From Gammaproteobacteria bacterium (GTDB lineage Bacteria > Pseudomonadota > Gammaproteobacteria > Steroidobacterales > UBA11654), in NCBI GenBank assembly GCA_029941465.1, contig JAPYQN010000004.1, forward strand, positions 13,111-77,110: DNA of 64,000 nt. The letters run 5' to 3'. The notes beneath the pieces are model-generated. The model worked only from the letters and a program-made list of their open reading frames with translations. It did not search any database and had not been told where the DNA came from. Shown piece after piece: positions 37,662-48,273 of the stretch (its first letter is position 1; the number at the start of each line of letters is the position of its first letter). The position numbers were made by a program, and so were the translations under genes.

Positions 37662-38780
37662 TTATTTGCTTAGTGGATCGATTGATTCCCCAGAGTGAGA
37701 AATAACACATCCAGATAATATTTCGTCATTAATGTCGATGTTCATAATTTTGTTTTCTTTATCCCAAAACTCTTCAATCATATTATAAAGGTTGTTAGCA
37801 TATACTTGGCTTGCGTGTGTAGCCACAGAAGCAGGTAAGTTCTCATTACCTATAATGATCACTCCATTTGAGATCACTGTTTTTCCGGCAACAGAGCCCT
37901 CTACATTCCCCCCTGTGCTAACCGCCATATCTATAATAACGCTACCAGGCTGCATTGCATCAATCATGTCTTGGGTGATAATCAAAGGGGCTTTTTTTCC
38001 AAACACTTGTGCTGTTGTAATGATGACATCAGAATAACCGCACACCTTAATCATGCCTTGTCTTTGCAATTCCAGTTGCTCTGCATTCAGTTCTTTGGCA
38101 TAACCTTGTTCTGTTTCCTCTAATTGACCAATATCAATTTTTACAAATTTAGCTCCTAAGGATAAAACCTGTTCTTCAACAGTTGGTCTGGTATCAAATG
38201 CCTCAACCCTGGCGCCAAGTCTTTTCGCTGTTGCAATTGCTTGTAATCCAGCTACCCCAACTCCTACAACAAATACTTTGGCTGGTGAAATAGTTCCAGC
38301 TGGAGTCATCATCATTGGAAAAACCTTATTAAGCTTTTCTGCAGCCTCTATAACAGCACTATATCCAGCAAGGCTAGCCTGTGAGCTAAGTGCATCCATT
38401 TTTTGGGCTCTTGTGACTCTAGGAACCATCTCCATGCTAATAGCAGTAACTGATTGTTTAGCAAAAGCATCAATCAACTCCTTTTGGTTAAATGGATCAA
38501 GAAAGCTGATGTGTATAGAGTTATGTTTTAAGTGTTGGGTTTCTTCTATATTTGGAACATTGAGACGACAAACAATGTCTGCTGTGGAAAAAGCTTCGAC
38601 ACGATTTTTTATTATTTTAGCGCCGGCCTTAAGGTATGCATCATCGTTTAAAGAGACTGTTTCTCCAATACCTTCTTCAACTAAAATATCAAATTCTAAA
38701 GACCTGAATTTTTGCACCACCAAAGGAACAATGGGTGTTCTTAATTCGTTATCAGGTTCTTTTGGAAAGAAGATTTTCAT
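37662..38780 (-). CDS. pntAA: NAD(P) transhydrogenase alpha subunit part 1 (dI, NAD(H)-binding)
   Basis: MKIFFPKE...VFVVGVGVAGLQAIATAKRLGA. 372 aa. The ORF-track start at 38969 adds 63 implausible residues that overlap the divergent gene. Confidence 0.9.
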   Translation of the reverse strand: MKIFFPKEPDNELRTPIVPLVVQKFRSLEFDILVEEGIGETVSLNDDAYLKAGAKIIKNRVEAFSTADIVCRLNVPNIEETQHLKHNSIHISFLDPFNQKELIDAFAKQSVTAISMEMVPRVTRAQKMDALSSQASLAGYSAVIEAAEKLNKVFPMMMTPAGTISPAKVFVVGVGVAGLQAIATAKRLGARVEAFDTRPTVEEQVLSLGAKFVKIDIGQLEETEQGYAKELNAEQLELQRQGMIKVCGYSDVIITTAQVFGKKAPLIITQDMIDAMQPGSVIIDMAVSTGGNVEGSVAGKTVISNGVIIIGNENLPASVATHASQVYANNLYNMIEEFWDKENKIMNIDINDEILSGCVISHSGESIDPLSK

Positions 38781-38903
38781 TCGGTAATAAGTTTTAGCTG
38801 TATAGGTTCTGTGAGGAAGATATATTGACAAGATTAAGATGTCAAGATTGAAAAAGAATATACAGTTTATGTTATTCTCAGCATTATGTTTGTAAGGTTT
38901 GAA

Positions 38904-39998
38904 ATGGAACGTTTTCAGTCCATCTATGAAAATGAGGTGGACTTTAATCTTAGTGACAGTGGTAATCACCCAATGTCTATTAATGATTTGCTTGATAAAG
39001 ACGAAATAGAGAAGTTTTTATCAATGGAGATCTACTATGGCTATACACAGGGTGACCCTCGTTTGCTTAAGGTAATTAAAGATTGGTACCCCAACACCAA
39101 TGAATCAAACATTCTGTTAACCAACGGCTCTGCTGAGGCTAATTTTATAATGGCTTGGACCTTAATTAAGCCTGGTGATGAGGTGGTTCTAGTGTTGCCA
39201 ACCTATATGCAAGTACCCGGTTTAGCCAAAAATTTTGGTGCTGAAATAAAAACCATAAATCTCAAAGAAGAATTAGATTGGCACCTTGATTTAAATGAGT
39301 TAGAAGAACTTGTTACCCCTAACACTAAATTAATTTCAATCTGCAATCCCAACAACCCAACTGGGGCGGTAATGACAGATGAAGAAATGACCGCCATTGC
39401 ATCGATTGCAAGAACTAATAACGCTTATATTCATTCAGATGAAGTTTATCGTGGTTCAGAGCTTGGCGGTAAAGAAACCAGAAGCTTTATAGAGTTTTAT
39501 GAAAAAACGATTGTGTGCTGTGGGCTCTCGAAATCTTTTGCCCACCCGGGCCTAAGAATAGGATGGTTGGTTGCCAATGAAGAATTAATTGAAGAAATAT
39601 GGGCCCATAAAGATTACACATCACTGTGTGCTTCTGTTTTATCTCAAGAAATAGCAATAAAAATTATGGAGAAAAAAACCAGGAGCCAAGTCTTATCAAG
39701 GTCAAGTGAAATGTTGAAAAACAACTTAAAATTATTTCAGTCCTGGTTAGATTCTCACACTGGTTTATTTACTTTTGTTCCGCCACAAGCAGGGGGGATG
39801 GCTTTTGTGGGTTATGCGATGAACATTAACAGTATGGAGCTTGCTCACAAACTAAGAACTGAGCAAAGTGTTTTGATTGTGCCTGGAGACTGTTATGGCA
39901 TGGACGGTTATTTAAGGTTTGGTATTGGTTCGCATGCTGATTATTTATCGCAAGGCTTAGAGCTGGTTAGTAAAGGGATAAAGTCTATAGGGTGTTGA
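38904..39998 (+). CDS. Class I/II pyridoxal-phosphate aminotransferase
   Basis: NPNNPTG and the SKSFAHPGLRIGW PLP-Lys block. About 364 aa. The start is uncertain (38886 or 38904). Confidence 0.75.
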   Translation: MERFQSIYENEVDFNLSDSGNHPMSINDLLDKDEIEKFLSMEIYYGYTQGDPRLLKVIKDWYPNTNESNILLTNGSAEANFIMAWTLIKPGDEVVLVLPTYMQVPGLAKNFGAEIKTINLKEELDWHLDLNELEELVTPNTKLISICNPNNPTGAVMTDEEMTAIASIARTNNAYIHSDEVYRGSELGGKETRSFIEFYEKTIVCCGLSKSFAHPGLRIGWLVANEELIEEIWAHKDYTSLCASVLSQEIAIKIMEKKTRSQVLSRSSEMLKNNLKLFQSWLDSHTGLFTFVPPQAGGMAFVGYAMNINSMELAHKLRTEQSVLIVPGDCYGMDGYLRFGIGSHADYLSQGLELVSKGIKSIGC

Positions 39999-41983
39999 AA
40001 AAATCAATACTAAACGTTGCTATACCAACGCCAGTTAAATCACTTTTTGACTATAGCGTCAACTCAGAATCTAAGATAAAACCACAAATTGGTCAACGCA
40101 TCCAAGTACCTTTTGGGAACAAAAAAAGGCTGGGGTTTATACATGATATTAGTTCTTCGTCCAAAGTAAGTAAAAGCAAGTTAAAGCCTTTTTTAGAAAT
40201 TATTGATGAGGCACCAATTGTCGACAGTGAGACAAGAGAACTAATTAAATGGTGTTCCAATTACTATCATTATCCTATTGGCAGCGTTTATTCAACCGCT
40301 GTTCCCAAGTACTTAAGAGACCTCAAATATCCAAACAACATTGAACACAAGGCTTTTATGGGGGTGGCGGAAGAAAGAAAAATCTTAACTAAAGCACAGA
40401 AAAAAGCCCTGAAAGAATCTGAGAAATACCTCAAAAATAACAACGTTCTTCTCCTTAATGGCATCACAGGCAGCGGCAAAACAGAAATATATATGCGCTT
40501 AATTGAAAAAGAGTTGGAGCTTGGTCGTCAGGCGTTATTTCTTGTTCCAGAAATTGGCTTAACCCCACAAACTGCCAATGTGTTAACTGCTCGTTTTGGT
40601 GACTTAGTTAATATCATACATTCGGGGACTAGCCCAAAGACCAGAGCAGCAGTTTGGGTTGCTGCACAAAAAGGGCTTGCACAATTAGTTGTGGGGACAA
40701 GATCTGCTGTTTTTACTCCTTTTTCATCATTAGGAATTATTGTAGTTGATGAAGAGCATGATCAATCCTATAAACAGCAAAATGGTTTAATGTACTCAGC
40801 CAGAGACCTTGCTGTAGTAAAAGCAAAAAAACTCAAGGCAAAACTGATTTTAGGTTCAGCCACGCCATCATTTGAGAGTTTTTTTAATGTAAAAAATAAA
40901 AAATACAATACTGTTGAAATTAATAAAAGAGTGTTTTCAACGCCTTTACCTGAAAATAAAATAATAGACCTGAGGTTACACCCAATAACCAAAGGCCTAA
41001 CCAAACCATTAATTAAAGACATAACCAAACAACTTGGCAAGAACAAACAAGTATTAATTTATTTAAACAGAAGAGGGTATGCCCCGCTAACTATGTGTGA
41101 AGATTGTGGGCATATAGAAGACTGCCCAAGATGTGACACGAGTTTAGTTTTGCATAAAAAAATTAATCTTCTAAAGTGTCATCATTGTGCCTATCAAAAA
41201 ACACAGCCTCCCCTATGTAGTGAATGTGGCTGTAATAATGTGATTGTTGGTAAAGGAACGCAACAACTTGAAGAAGGTTTAAGGGACCAGTTTCCCAATG
41301 AAGAGATATTACGAATAGACAGAGACACAACAAGATCCCAAAAAAAACGGGAGCTTGCGATGGAGCTTGCACATTCAGGCGAGGCAAAGATTTTGATAGG
41401 CACTCAAATGCTAACAAAAGGTCATGATTTTCCAAATCTATCTATGGTGGCAATTATAAATGCTGATCAAGGTTTGTTTGGAAGTGATTTTAGAAGCAGC
41501 GAATTGTTTGCCCAACATTATTTGCAAGCCTCTGGTAGGTCAGGCAGAAGAAATGAAAGGGGGTTGGTGGTTGTTCAAACACACAACCCAAACCATCCTT
41601 TATTGAAAAAAATTATCAATAATAACTATAAGTCTTTTTTTGATGACTCTATTAAAGAAAGGATTAATCATTTATGGCCACCTTTTTATGGTGCAGCTTT
41701 ACTCAGGGCAGAAGCCACCAACAAAACAAAGGTTTTTGAGTTTCTCTCTAAAATAAGCCGCTTTGGAGAAACGCTAAAAAATCAAAAAACTTTATTATTA
41801 GGCCCTGTTTCTTCGCCTATTGAAAGAAAACTAGGAAAACATAGGGGTCAAATATTACTATTGAATAAAAATAGAAAAAAACTTCACTCCACGCTTAATC
41901 AAGTAATATTGTTTATTGAGAAAAATGACATTAATAAAGGTGTAAGGTGGATTATTGATGTAGACCCAATCGACATGTCTTGA
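39992..41983 (+). CDS. priA: Primosomal protein N' (replication restart helicase)
   Basis: GITGSGKTE, DEEHD and the Cys-rich zinc module CEDCGH..CPRCD...CHHC...CSECG. 663 aa. GTG start overlaps the upstream gene by 7 nt. Confidence 0.9.
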   Translation: MLKKSILNVAIPTPVKSLFDYSVNSESKIKPQIGQRIQVPFGNKKRLGFIHDISSSSKVSKSKLKPFLEIIDEAPIVDSETRELIKWCSNYYHYPIGSVYSTAVPKYLRDLKYPNNIEHKAFMGVAEERKILTKAQKKALKESEKYLKNNNVLLLNGITGSGKTEIYMRLIEKELELGRQALFLVPEIGLTPQTANVLTARFGDLVNIIHSGTSPKTRAAVWVAAQKGLAQLVVGTRSAVFTPFSSLGIIVVDEEHDQSYKQQNGLMYSARDLAVVKAKKLKAKLILGSATPSFESFFNVKNKKYNTVEINKRVFSTPLPENKIIDLRLHPITKGLTKPLIKDITKQLGKNKQVLIYLNRRGYAPLTMCEDCGHIEDCPRCDTSLVLHKKINLLKCHHCAYQKTQPPLCSECGCNNVIVGKGTQQLEEGLRDQFPNEEILRIDRDTTRSQKKRELAMELAHSGEAKILIGTQMLTKGHDFPNLSMVAIINADQGLFGSDFRSSELFAQHYLQASGRSGRRNERGLVVVQTHNPNHPLLKKIINNNYKSFFDDSIKERINHLWPPFYGAALLRAEATNKTKVFEFLSKISRFGETLKNQKTLLLGPVSSPIERKLGKHRGQILLLNKNRKKLHSTLNQVILFIEKNDINKGVRWIIDVDPIDMS

Positions 41984-42008
41984 TTAGACTTAGAGCAGGA
42001 ACCAAAGA

Positions 42009-43748
42009 TTGAAAGATAAGCTAAAAAAACTATTAAGAAAAACTATTGCTTCAGAAAAGATCATTGCTAACAACAGTGTTAAAAATCTTCAAATAGAAAT
42101 CAGCAGGTCGTCTAAACCTGACCATGGTGATTTTTCATCTAATATTGCTTTAAAACTTAGCAAACAAGCTGGTTTAAACCCTTTTGAGCTTGCAACATCA
42201 CTCTCTAGCTCTATAGACAAACCAAATTGGCTAAAAAAAATTGAGGTTGTGCAGCCAGGTTTTATTAATTTTTTTATTGGGTCTGGGGTTAAAGCCGATG
42301 TTTTGATATCAATTATAAACAAACAAAATGACTTTGGGTCTCAAGACCCAGGCTCAAAAGAATCTATACTGTTAGAGTTTGTTTCTTCAAATCCTACGGG
42401 GCCCTTGCATGTTGGCCATGGTCGCCACGCTGCTTTTGGTGATTCATTGGCTAAACTCTTAAAAAAAGCAGGCCATTTAGTTGAAACAGAATATTATATA
42501 AATGACGCCGGAAGACAAATTGATATCTTGGCTTTAAGTGCTTTAATTGAAGGTGCAAACCTATCTGGAGGGAATATACACCCTCCTAAAGCTTGCTACC
42601 AAGGTCAATATATAAAAGGTATGGCTAAATCTATTGATGAAAAATATCTTTTAAAGATAAATAACTTATCTTTAATAAACACAGACACCAAAGACCCAGA
42701 TGCAGACGAAGAAACAGATGCTTTAATTTCAATGGTTAAAGACTCTATAGGAGAGGATGCTTTTGAGGATGTAGCAGAAATTATTTGTAGGCATGTCTTA
42801 AAAACAATCAAACAAGATTTGGGAGATTTTGGCGTGGAGTATGATCACTGGTTTTCGGAAAAAGAGATGATTAAATCAGCAAAAATTAATCAGGTGGTAA
42901 CCCATTTAGAAGACACAAACTCTTTAGTAAAAAAAGATGGTGCGACCTGGTTAAAAACAACAAATTACGGAGACGACAAAGATAGAGTTATCATAAGAGA
43001 GGACGGAAGAAGCACCTATTTTGCTTCTGATATCGGATACCATGCTGACAAAAAAGCCAGGGGTTTTGATAAGCTTATTAACATACTTGGGTCTGATCAT
43101 CATGGTTATATTTCCAGACTTAAGGCAGGGCTTGCATCAATGGGATACAAGCCTGATGATTTAGAGGTAGTGCTCATGCAATTTGTAGCTCTTTATAGAG
43201 GTAAAGAAAAGATACAAATGTCAACTCGCTCAGGTAATTTTGTTCCAATGAGAGACCTTTATGAAGAGGTTGGGGTTGATGCTGCTAGATTTTTTTATGT
43301 TAGCAGATCACATGAACAACATTTAGATTTTGATCTAGAATTAGCAGCACAACAAAACAATCAAAATCCTGTCTACTACATTCAATATGCAAACGCTAGA
43401 ATATGCAGTGTTCTCCAAGAAATAAAAAACAAGGGGTTTAAAAACAACCCTGTACTTGGAACAAAAAATCTAGACAAACTTAACAACAGGCATGAGTTGG
43501 AACTGATCTCTTTATTGCAAAACTACCCAGATGTTATTAATCAGGCAGCTGAAAAAAGGGCTGTACACCAACTGTCTAATTACTTGAAAGACCTTGCTCA
43601 GGTTTTTCACTCATATTATGGAGTACAAAAGTTTGTTGTTGCTGATGATGAAACAAGAAACCCAATGATTCTATTGCTCCAATGTGTTTCCATTGTTATT
43701 GTTGATGGATTAAAAATACTTGGGGTTTCAGCCCCAAAAACAATGTAG
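42009..43748 (+). CDS. argS: Arginine-tRNA ligase
   Basis: SSNPTGPLHVGHGR (HIGH) and the MSTRSG (KMSKS-like) motif. 579 aa. TTG start. Confidence 0.92.
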   Translation: MKDKLKKLLRKTIASEKIIANNSVKNLQIEISRSSKPDHGDFSSNIALKLSKQAGLNPFELATSLSSSIDKPNWLKKIEVVQPGFINFFIGSGVKADVLISIINKQNDFGSQDPGSKESILLEFVSSNPTGPLHVGHGRHAAFGDSLAKLLKKAGHLVETEYYINDAGRQIDILALSALIEGANLSGGNIHPPKACYQGQYIKGMAKSIDEKYLLKINNLSLINTDTKDPDADEETDALISMVKDSIGEDAFEDVAEIICRHVLKTIKQDLGDFGVEYDHWFSEKEMIKSAKINQVVTHLEDTNSLVKKDGATWLKTTNYGDDKDRVIIREDGRSTYFASDIGYHADKKARGFDKLINILGSDHHGYISRLKAGLASMGYKPDDLEVVLMQFVALYRGKEKIQMSTRSGNFVPMRDLYEEVGVDAARFFYVSRSHEQHLDFDLELAAQQNNQNPVYYIQYANARICSVLQEIKNKGFKNNPVLGTKNLDKLNNRHELELISLLQNYPDVINQAAEKRAVHQLSNYLKDLAQVFHSYYGVQKFVVADDETRNPMILLLQCVSIVIVDGLKILGVSAPKTM

Positions 43749-43750
43749 GC

Positions 43751-45025
43751 TTATTTCTTTTTGTAGTTAATCCCAAGTGATTGAAGTTTTCTATAAAGGT
43801 TTGTTCGCTCCATATCGACCCTTCGTGCAAGTTCACTTATTTTTCCACCCACCAACTCTAACTGTCTAGTAAGGAAAGCTCTTTCAAATTGTTTTTTAGC
43901 CTCTTTCATGCTTAATGTCATAACACTGCTTTCAATCAATAAATTTCCTTTGGGGCCTTGTAGAGTTAGTGTTTCCTCAATCTCCTCAACATTGATTATT
44001 TCTTTATCTTTTCTCACTAAAAGCGCATGGACCATATCAATTAGCTGTTTTAGATTTCCCGGCCATGAATACTTGGTCAGCATGTTTTGAGCAGCCAAAC
44101 TAAACCTCCTGTAAGCAAGGTCTTCATTCTGTGCAAAATACTGAACACAAACATCTAATAACTCTGGAATATCATGAAGATAACGCCTTAAAGGAGGTAT
44201 ATTAATTGTTTGATTATTGGTTGACTGAAGCCCTTCGACTAACTCTTTGTTGTTTAAGCTTATATAGTAATTTAAACCTCTGTCTTTATCCTTTGTTAGT
44301 ATTGATTTAACTATCTCTTGTTCAGATGGTCCTAATAAATGAAGCCCTTCAAAAAAAATACCTGCGCTTGATAGTTTGTTAATCTGCTGTATTAATTGAA
44401 ACTCTAACTCTTCCTCATCTTTAAAATCAATGTTAAGTAGGTTTAACTGAAAAACATAAAAATTAGAGTAGCTATTGAATTGCTTAAAGTGGAGATACTT
44501 AGCCCAAGCCTCTTTTTCTGTGCCCTCTTCTCCGATTAGAAGCGTGGTGTCTGTTTTTGTTATATCAACGATTGTAGATCTAAAAATATCAGAGAATTTT
44601 TTATTGTTATTGATTATGTAACTCAAGATGTCAGCGTACTCTTCTTGGTTTTGTTCAGAAAAAACCTTATCAATAGCGTTAAACAAATTCTCTATCGATA
44701 TTGGCTTTTCTATAAAATCAGCCGCTCCAAGCTTAGTGGCCTTTATTGCTGTCTCTATTGTTGCGTGACCTGAAATCATGATCACAGGAAATTGTTTGCT
44801 TTGGTCTTCAGCCCATTCTTTTAACAACGTTATTCCGTCTTCGTCTGGCATCCATATATCTAAAAACACTAAATCAGGTGTGTGACTTGTTAGGAGCTGC
44901 CTAGCTTCATTGGCAGATGAAGCTACTATAGACTTATAGCCTTCTTCAACCAGAATGTCGTTGATAATACTTCTAATCTCCATTTCATCATCTACAACCA
45001 TTATTAATTTTTGTTTCTTATTCAT
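43751..45025 (-). CDS. ntrX: NtrX-like response regulator (REC + degenerate sigma-54-type AAA+ core + Fis-type HTH)
   Basis: REC domain with DDEMEIR...DLVFLDIWMPDEDG. The central Walker A position reads GEEGTEKE. C-terminal HTH ELARRVDMERTNLYRKLQSLGI. 424 aa. Confidence 0.7.
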   Translation of the reverse strand: MNKKQKLIMVVDDEMEIRSIINDILVEEGYKSIVASSANEARQLLTSHTPDLVFLDIWMPDEDGITLLKEWAEDQSKQFPVIMISGHATIETAIKATKLGAADFIEKPISIENLFNAIDKVFSEQNQEEYADILSYIINNNKKFSDIFRSTIVDITKTDTTLLIGEEGTEKEAWAKYLHFKQFNSYSNFYVFQLNLLNIDFKDEEELEFQLIQQINKLSSAGIFFEGLHLLGPSEQEIVKSILTKDKDRGLNYYISLNNKELVEGLQSTNNQTINIPPLRRYLHDIPELLDVCVQYFAQNEDLAYRRFSLAAQNMLTKYSWPGNLKQLIDMVHALLVRKDKEIINVEEIEETLTLQGPKGNLLIESSVMTLSMKEAKKQFERAFLTRQLELVGGKISELARRVDMERTNLYRKLQSLGINYKKK

Positions 45026-46778
45026 TTGGTCGGTCCTTTCTTGGTTGTAATACGGGCAATGTAATAATTACAGAAGCTCCTTGTGCTTTTTTATTTTTTA
45101 GTTCTATGTGACCCTTATGTTCTTCAATAATATGTTTTACTATTGCTAAACCCAGGCCTTTGCCTTTGGTTTTAGTGGTAACATAAGGCTCAAACGCATT
45201 GCCTACTATGTCAGGCTCAAAGCCTTGTCCATTGTCGCTTATTGTTAACTCAATATAGGCTTTGTTGTTGATTTTTAAATTGCTCGTTTTAATGTTTATT
45301 ATTGGTGCCGTGGAATTGGCAGTTGCATCAAGTGCGTTTTTTATTAGGTTATTAAAAACTTGTCTAAGTTTTTGCTCATCAGCCTGAACGATAAAGCTTT
45401 CGGAATGAAAGCTTAGTTTAAATGTTTTTTTATTGTCTTTTTTTGAATATAGGCTTACAGACTCTTTAATTACACTTATGATGTTAAAGCTTTCTATTGT
45501 CAATGCCGGCTCTTCAGCAAACTTACCAAATGCATTTACCATCCCCCTTAAAACCTCAACCTGATTTACTATGGTTTCTGTTGAATGTGTGATGAAATCT
45601 AAATCCTCACCCTTAAACACCGAAGAATATCTTTTTTTGATTCGCTCAGCCGAGAGTTGAATTGGGGTTAATGGATTATTAATTTCATGTGCCATTCTTT
45701 TAGCAACATCGCTCCAAGCAGCTTCTTTCTGGGCTTGCATAAAAGATTGAACAAGGGTTGTGATTTCATCTGCTTCATCTTTAGCTTCAGGTAATCTAAT
45801 TTTATTTTTAGCTGCTCCTGTTTGTTTCTCAAGCGCTTCAATAGGCTTTACTAATCTTTCTGCGAACTCTATAGATCCATAAATCGCTAATAATAAAGCC
45901 AACAAAACAACAATAGCTAAAGTTAAAATATAACTGTATTGGATGGGCGCCTTCATAAAGCTTAACGTTCCATATCGAGCATATGCTTCTTCAACAGAGT
46001 CAGCCATCATGCTTAATTTTGGGTCAACACTGAAGAATGCTAGCAAATACAGTGGTTTTTGGTTTGAGGAAAAACTCAACACCGGGACCAAAACACGAAT
46101 AAGATAAGAGCCATTAGGGCTTGAGTCTAAACTCGTCCAAGACTGCTTAAGATTGGCCTGCTCAATTTCTAGGCGTGTCGGTATCCTTGGGTTAAACCGA
46201 TTGATTTGATTAGAGCTAGAGGACAAAATTTGGAGGTCTGAGTCTAAAACAACCAACTGTTCTGCGTTGGATGTTTTAACTACTTGTTGTAGTTGTTGAT
46301 CAATGCTCTCTATGCCTGTTAATCCTAGAGCTATATTTGAGGTTTCAAATAATCCTTGCTGTATTTTCTCATCAAGAGCAGATCTTCCAAGCATTAATGC
46401 GTTATTTAGTCCTTGCTCCACACCTGCATCAGACCAAACACTGATTCCTTTATTCATAAAACTAATAGCAAAAAAGAAAAGGACAATCGCTGGAACAACT
46501 GCCAAACCTCCAAACGCTAAAGCCATTCTTAAACGAAGTTTTGCCCCTAATTTATTTTGCTTATAATCCACAATAAGTTTTTTAGCGCTCAAAGACACAA
46601 GAAAAAGAAAGACTATAAAAGAAACAACATTAACCGCTATTAATGGGAATTGTATTTTGTTGAGCTCGTTGGGATTATCTGCTGAAAACATAAGCGCCAA
46701 CAATGAACTGGAGCTTAAAAAAATAAGAGAAAATATTATTTTCTTGGTTGTTTTAGGGTTTAGTTGAATAATTGCCAT
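45018..46778 (-). CDS. ntrY: NtrY-like sensor histidine kinase
   Basis: TM segments plus HAMP. H-box AHEINNPLTPIQLSAERIKKR. The ATPase N and G boxes are present. 586 aa. Overlaps ntrX by 8 nt. Confidence 0.75.
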   Translation of the reverse strand: MAIIQLNPKTTKKIIFSLIFLSSSSLLALMFSADNPNELNKIQFPLIAVNVVSFIVFLFLVSLSAKKLIVDYKQNKLGAKLRLRMALAFGGLAVVPAIVLFFFAISFMNKGISVWSDAGVEQGLNNALMLGRSALDEKIQQGLFETSNIALGLTGIESIDQQLQQVVKTSNAEQLVVLDSDLQILSSSSNQINRFNPRIPTRLEIEQANLKQSWTSLDSSPNGSYLIRVLVPVLSFSSNQKPLYLLAFFSVDPKLSMMADSVEEAYARYGTLSFMKAPIQYSYILTLAIVVLLALLLAIYGSIEFAERLVKPIEALEKQTGAAKNKIRLPEAKDEADEITTLVQSFMQAQKEAAWSDVAKRMAHEINNPLTPIQLSAERIKKRYSSVFKGEDLDFITHSTETIVNQVEVLRGMVNAFGKFAEEPALTIESFNIISVIKESVSLYSKKDNKKTFKLSFHSESFIVQADEQKLRQVFNNLIKNALDATANSTAPIINIKTSNLKINNKAYIELTISDNGQGFEPDIVGNAFEPYVTTKTKGKGLGLAIVKHIIEEHKGHIELKNKKAQGASVIITLPVLQPRKDRPNE

Positions 46779-47314
46779 TGTATTTGCTCTAAATCAGAAT
46801 CAAGACTCTCCCTCCAAAAAGAAAGTGTTTTCATCCATTGGGATACGTCTCTTGCCTTAAGGTTAGAATTTAAAAATACTCTGTAGTTTGCCTCGAGAGA
46901 TAATAATGAGTCATCAACCAAGGGTAGTTTTTTGATTTTACTTAAATAACCACTTACCTCATTAATTGTCGACATTGAGACTTGCCTGCCGGTATTGTTA
47001 TTAGTCACTGAGTAACGCCTTGTAAAAGCATTAAATTCAATTGTATACGTTTGTGTTAATGCTCCAATACTTCTGTCTGGCCGCCAATTTCTAACATTTA
47101 TAATTTGAAATCTTAGTTCTAAATTAAACACTATGCCGGACTCTAAAGCCTTTATTTGCTCTTGTGCAAAACTTAGAGGCAATTCAATATCACTATAATA
47201 AACTCCTGCATCAAGATAAGAGGATCCTTTGCCAACTTCTGCGTTTACCGTCATTGATAAACCAAAAAAAAGGTTGGCTACCAGAAAAATAGATCTTATT
47301 TTTATTCTGTTCAT
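46760..47314 (-). CDS. DUF4390-like periplasmic protein
   Basis: 184 aa with a signal peptide. Sits between fmt and ntrY, as DUF4390 genes do in other proteobacteria. The call rests mainly on synteny and size. Confidence 0.5.
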   Translation of the reverse strand: MNRIKIRSIFLVANLFFGLSMTVNAEVGKGSSYLDAGVYYSDIELPLSFAQEQIKALESGIVFNLELRFQIINVRNWRPDRSIGALTQTYTIEFNAFTRRYSVTNNNTGRQVSMSTINEVSGYLSKIKKLPLVDDSLLSLEANYRVFLNSNLKARDVSQWMKTLSFWRESLDSDLEQIQWQLFN

Positions 47315-47316
47315 AA

Positions 47317-48258
47317 CTAGTTGAGCGTTTTATTTAAAATGTTAAACCCTTTTCCAAAATCCCCTCCACTTATGGCTTTTTTACCTTCTAATTGGATTGT
47401 TTTTATTAATAAATTACCCTTGCCTGTTGACACCACTATGCCATTATCATCACAATCAAGCACGACTCCTGGTTCATTATGGGTGTTTGTGTCAGTAGAC
47501 ACTTCGGCTTCCCAAATTCTTACGTAGCGGCCATCAATATAAGTGAATGCTACAGGCCATGGGTTATAGGCCCTTATTTGTTGATCAATACTCTTTGCTC
47601 TTTTTTGCCAACTAATTTTACCGTCCTGTTTTGTGATCTTTTTAGAAATTGTTGCTTTATCATGATTTTGATCTTTAGCTTTTAATGTACCCTCCAATAT
47701 TTTTCCTAACGATGTTGTCAATATATTGGCGGCTAATAACGAGAGTTTTTCAGTCAGGTTTTCTGAGTTATCTCTTTTGTCAATTTGTAGCCTTTTTGAA
47801 ATAAAAACAGGGCCTTCATCTAAAGCTGGTGTCATTCTCATAATTGAGACGCCTGTTGTTTTATCCCCATTTAATATTGCCGACTGGACTGGTGAGGCGC
47901 CTCTCCATAAAGGCAGCAATGATGGGTGAATGTTTAAAACATCATGACTAAATAAATTAAGGATTTTTTTTGGTATTGTTTGCCCATAAGAAACGGTTAG
48001 CAGGACATTGGGCGACAAACCTATAATATCTTGCTCAACACTTCGTTCTTTGAGTGACTCATACGAAAAAATCTCTAAACCCATATCAAGAGCTGTTCCC
48101 ATAAGTGGGTTAACTTTATGTTCCAAGCCCCTGCCTTGTTTCTTTTTTGGTTGTGTTAAAACGCTAACTGATTTGAAGCCAAGTTCCATAATTGCTTCAA
48201 GCGGGTGTAATGAAAACAAAGAAGAGCCAGCAAAGATAATGTTTTGTTGGGACATCAT
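47317..48258 (-). CDS. fmt: Methionyl-tRNA formyltransferase
   Basis: NIHPSLLPLWRGASPVQSAILNGD. 313 aa. Lies downstream of def. Confidence 0.92.
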   Translation of the reverse strand: MMSQQNIIFAGSSLFSLHPLEAIMELGFKSVSVLTQPKKKQGRGLEHKVNPLMGTALDMGLEIFSYESLKERSVEQDIIGLSPNVLLTVSYGQTIPKKILNLFSHDVLNIHPSLLPLWRGASPVQSAILNGDKTTGVSIMRMTPALDEGPVFISKRLQIDKRDNSENLTEKLSLLAANILTTSLGKILEGTLKAKDQNHDKATISKKITKQDGKISWQKRAKSIDQQIRAYNPWPVAFTYIDGRYVRIWEAEVSTDTNTHNEPGVVLDCDDNGIVVSTGKGNLLIKTIQLEGKKAISGGDFGKGFNILNKTLN

Positions 48259-48273
48259 TACTGTGGCTCCATC

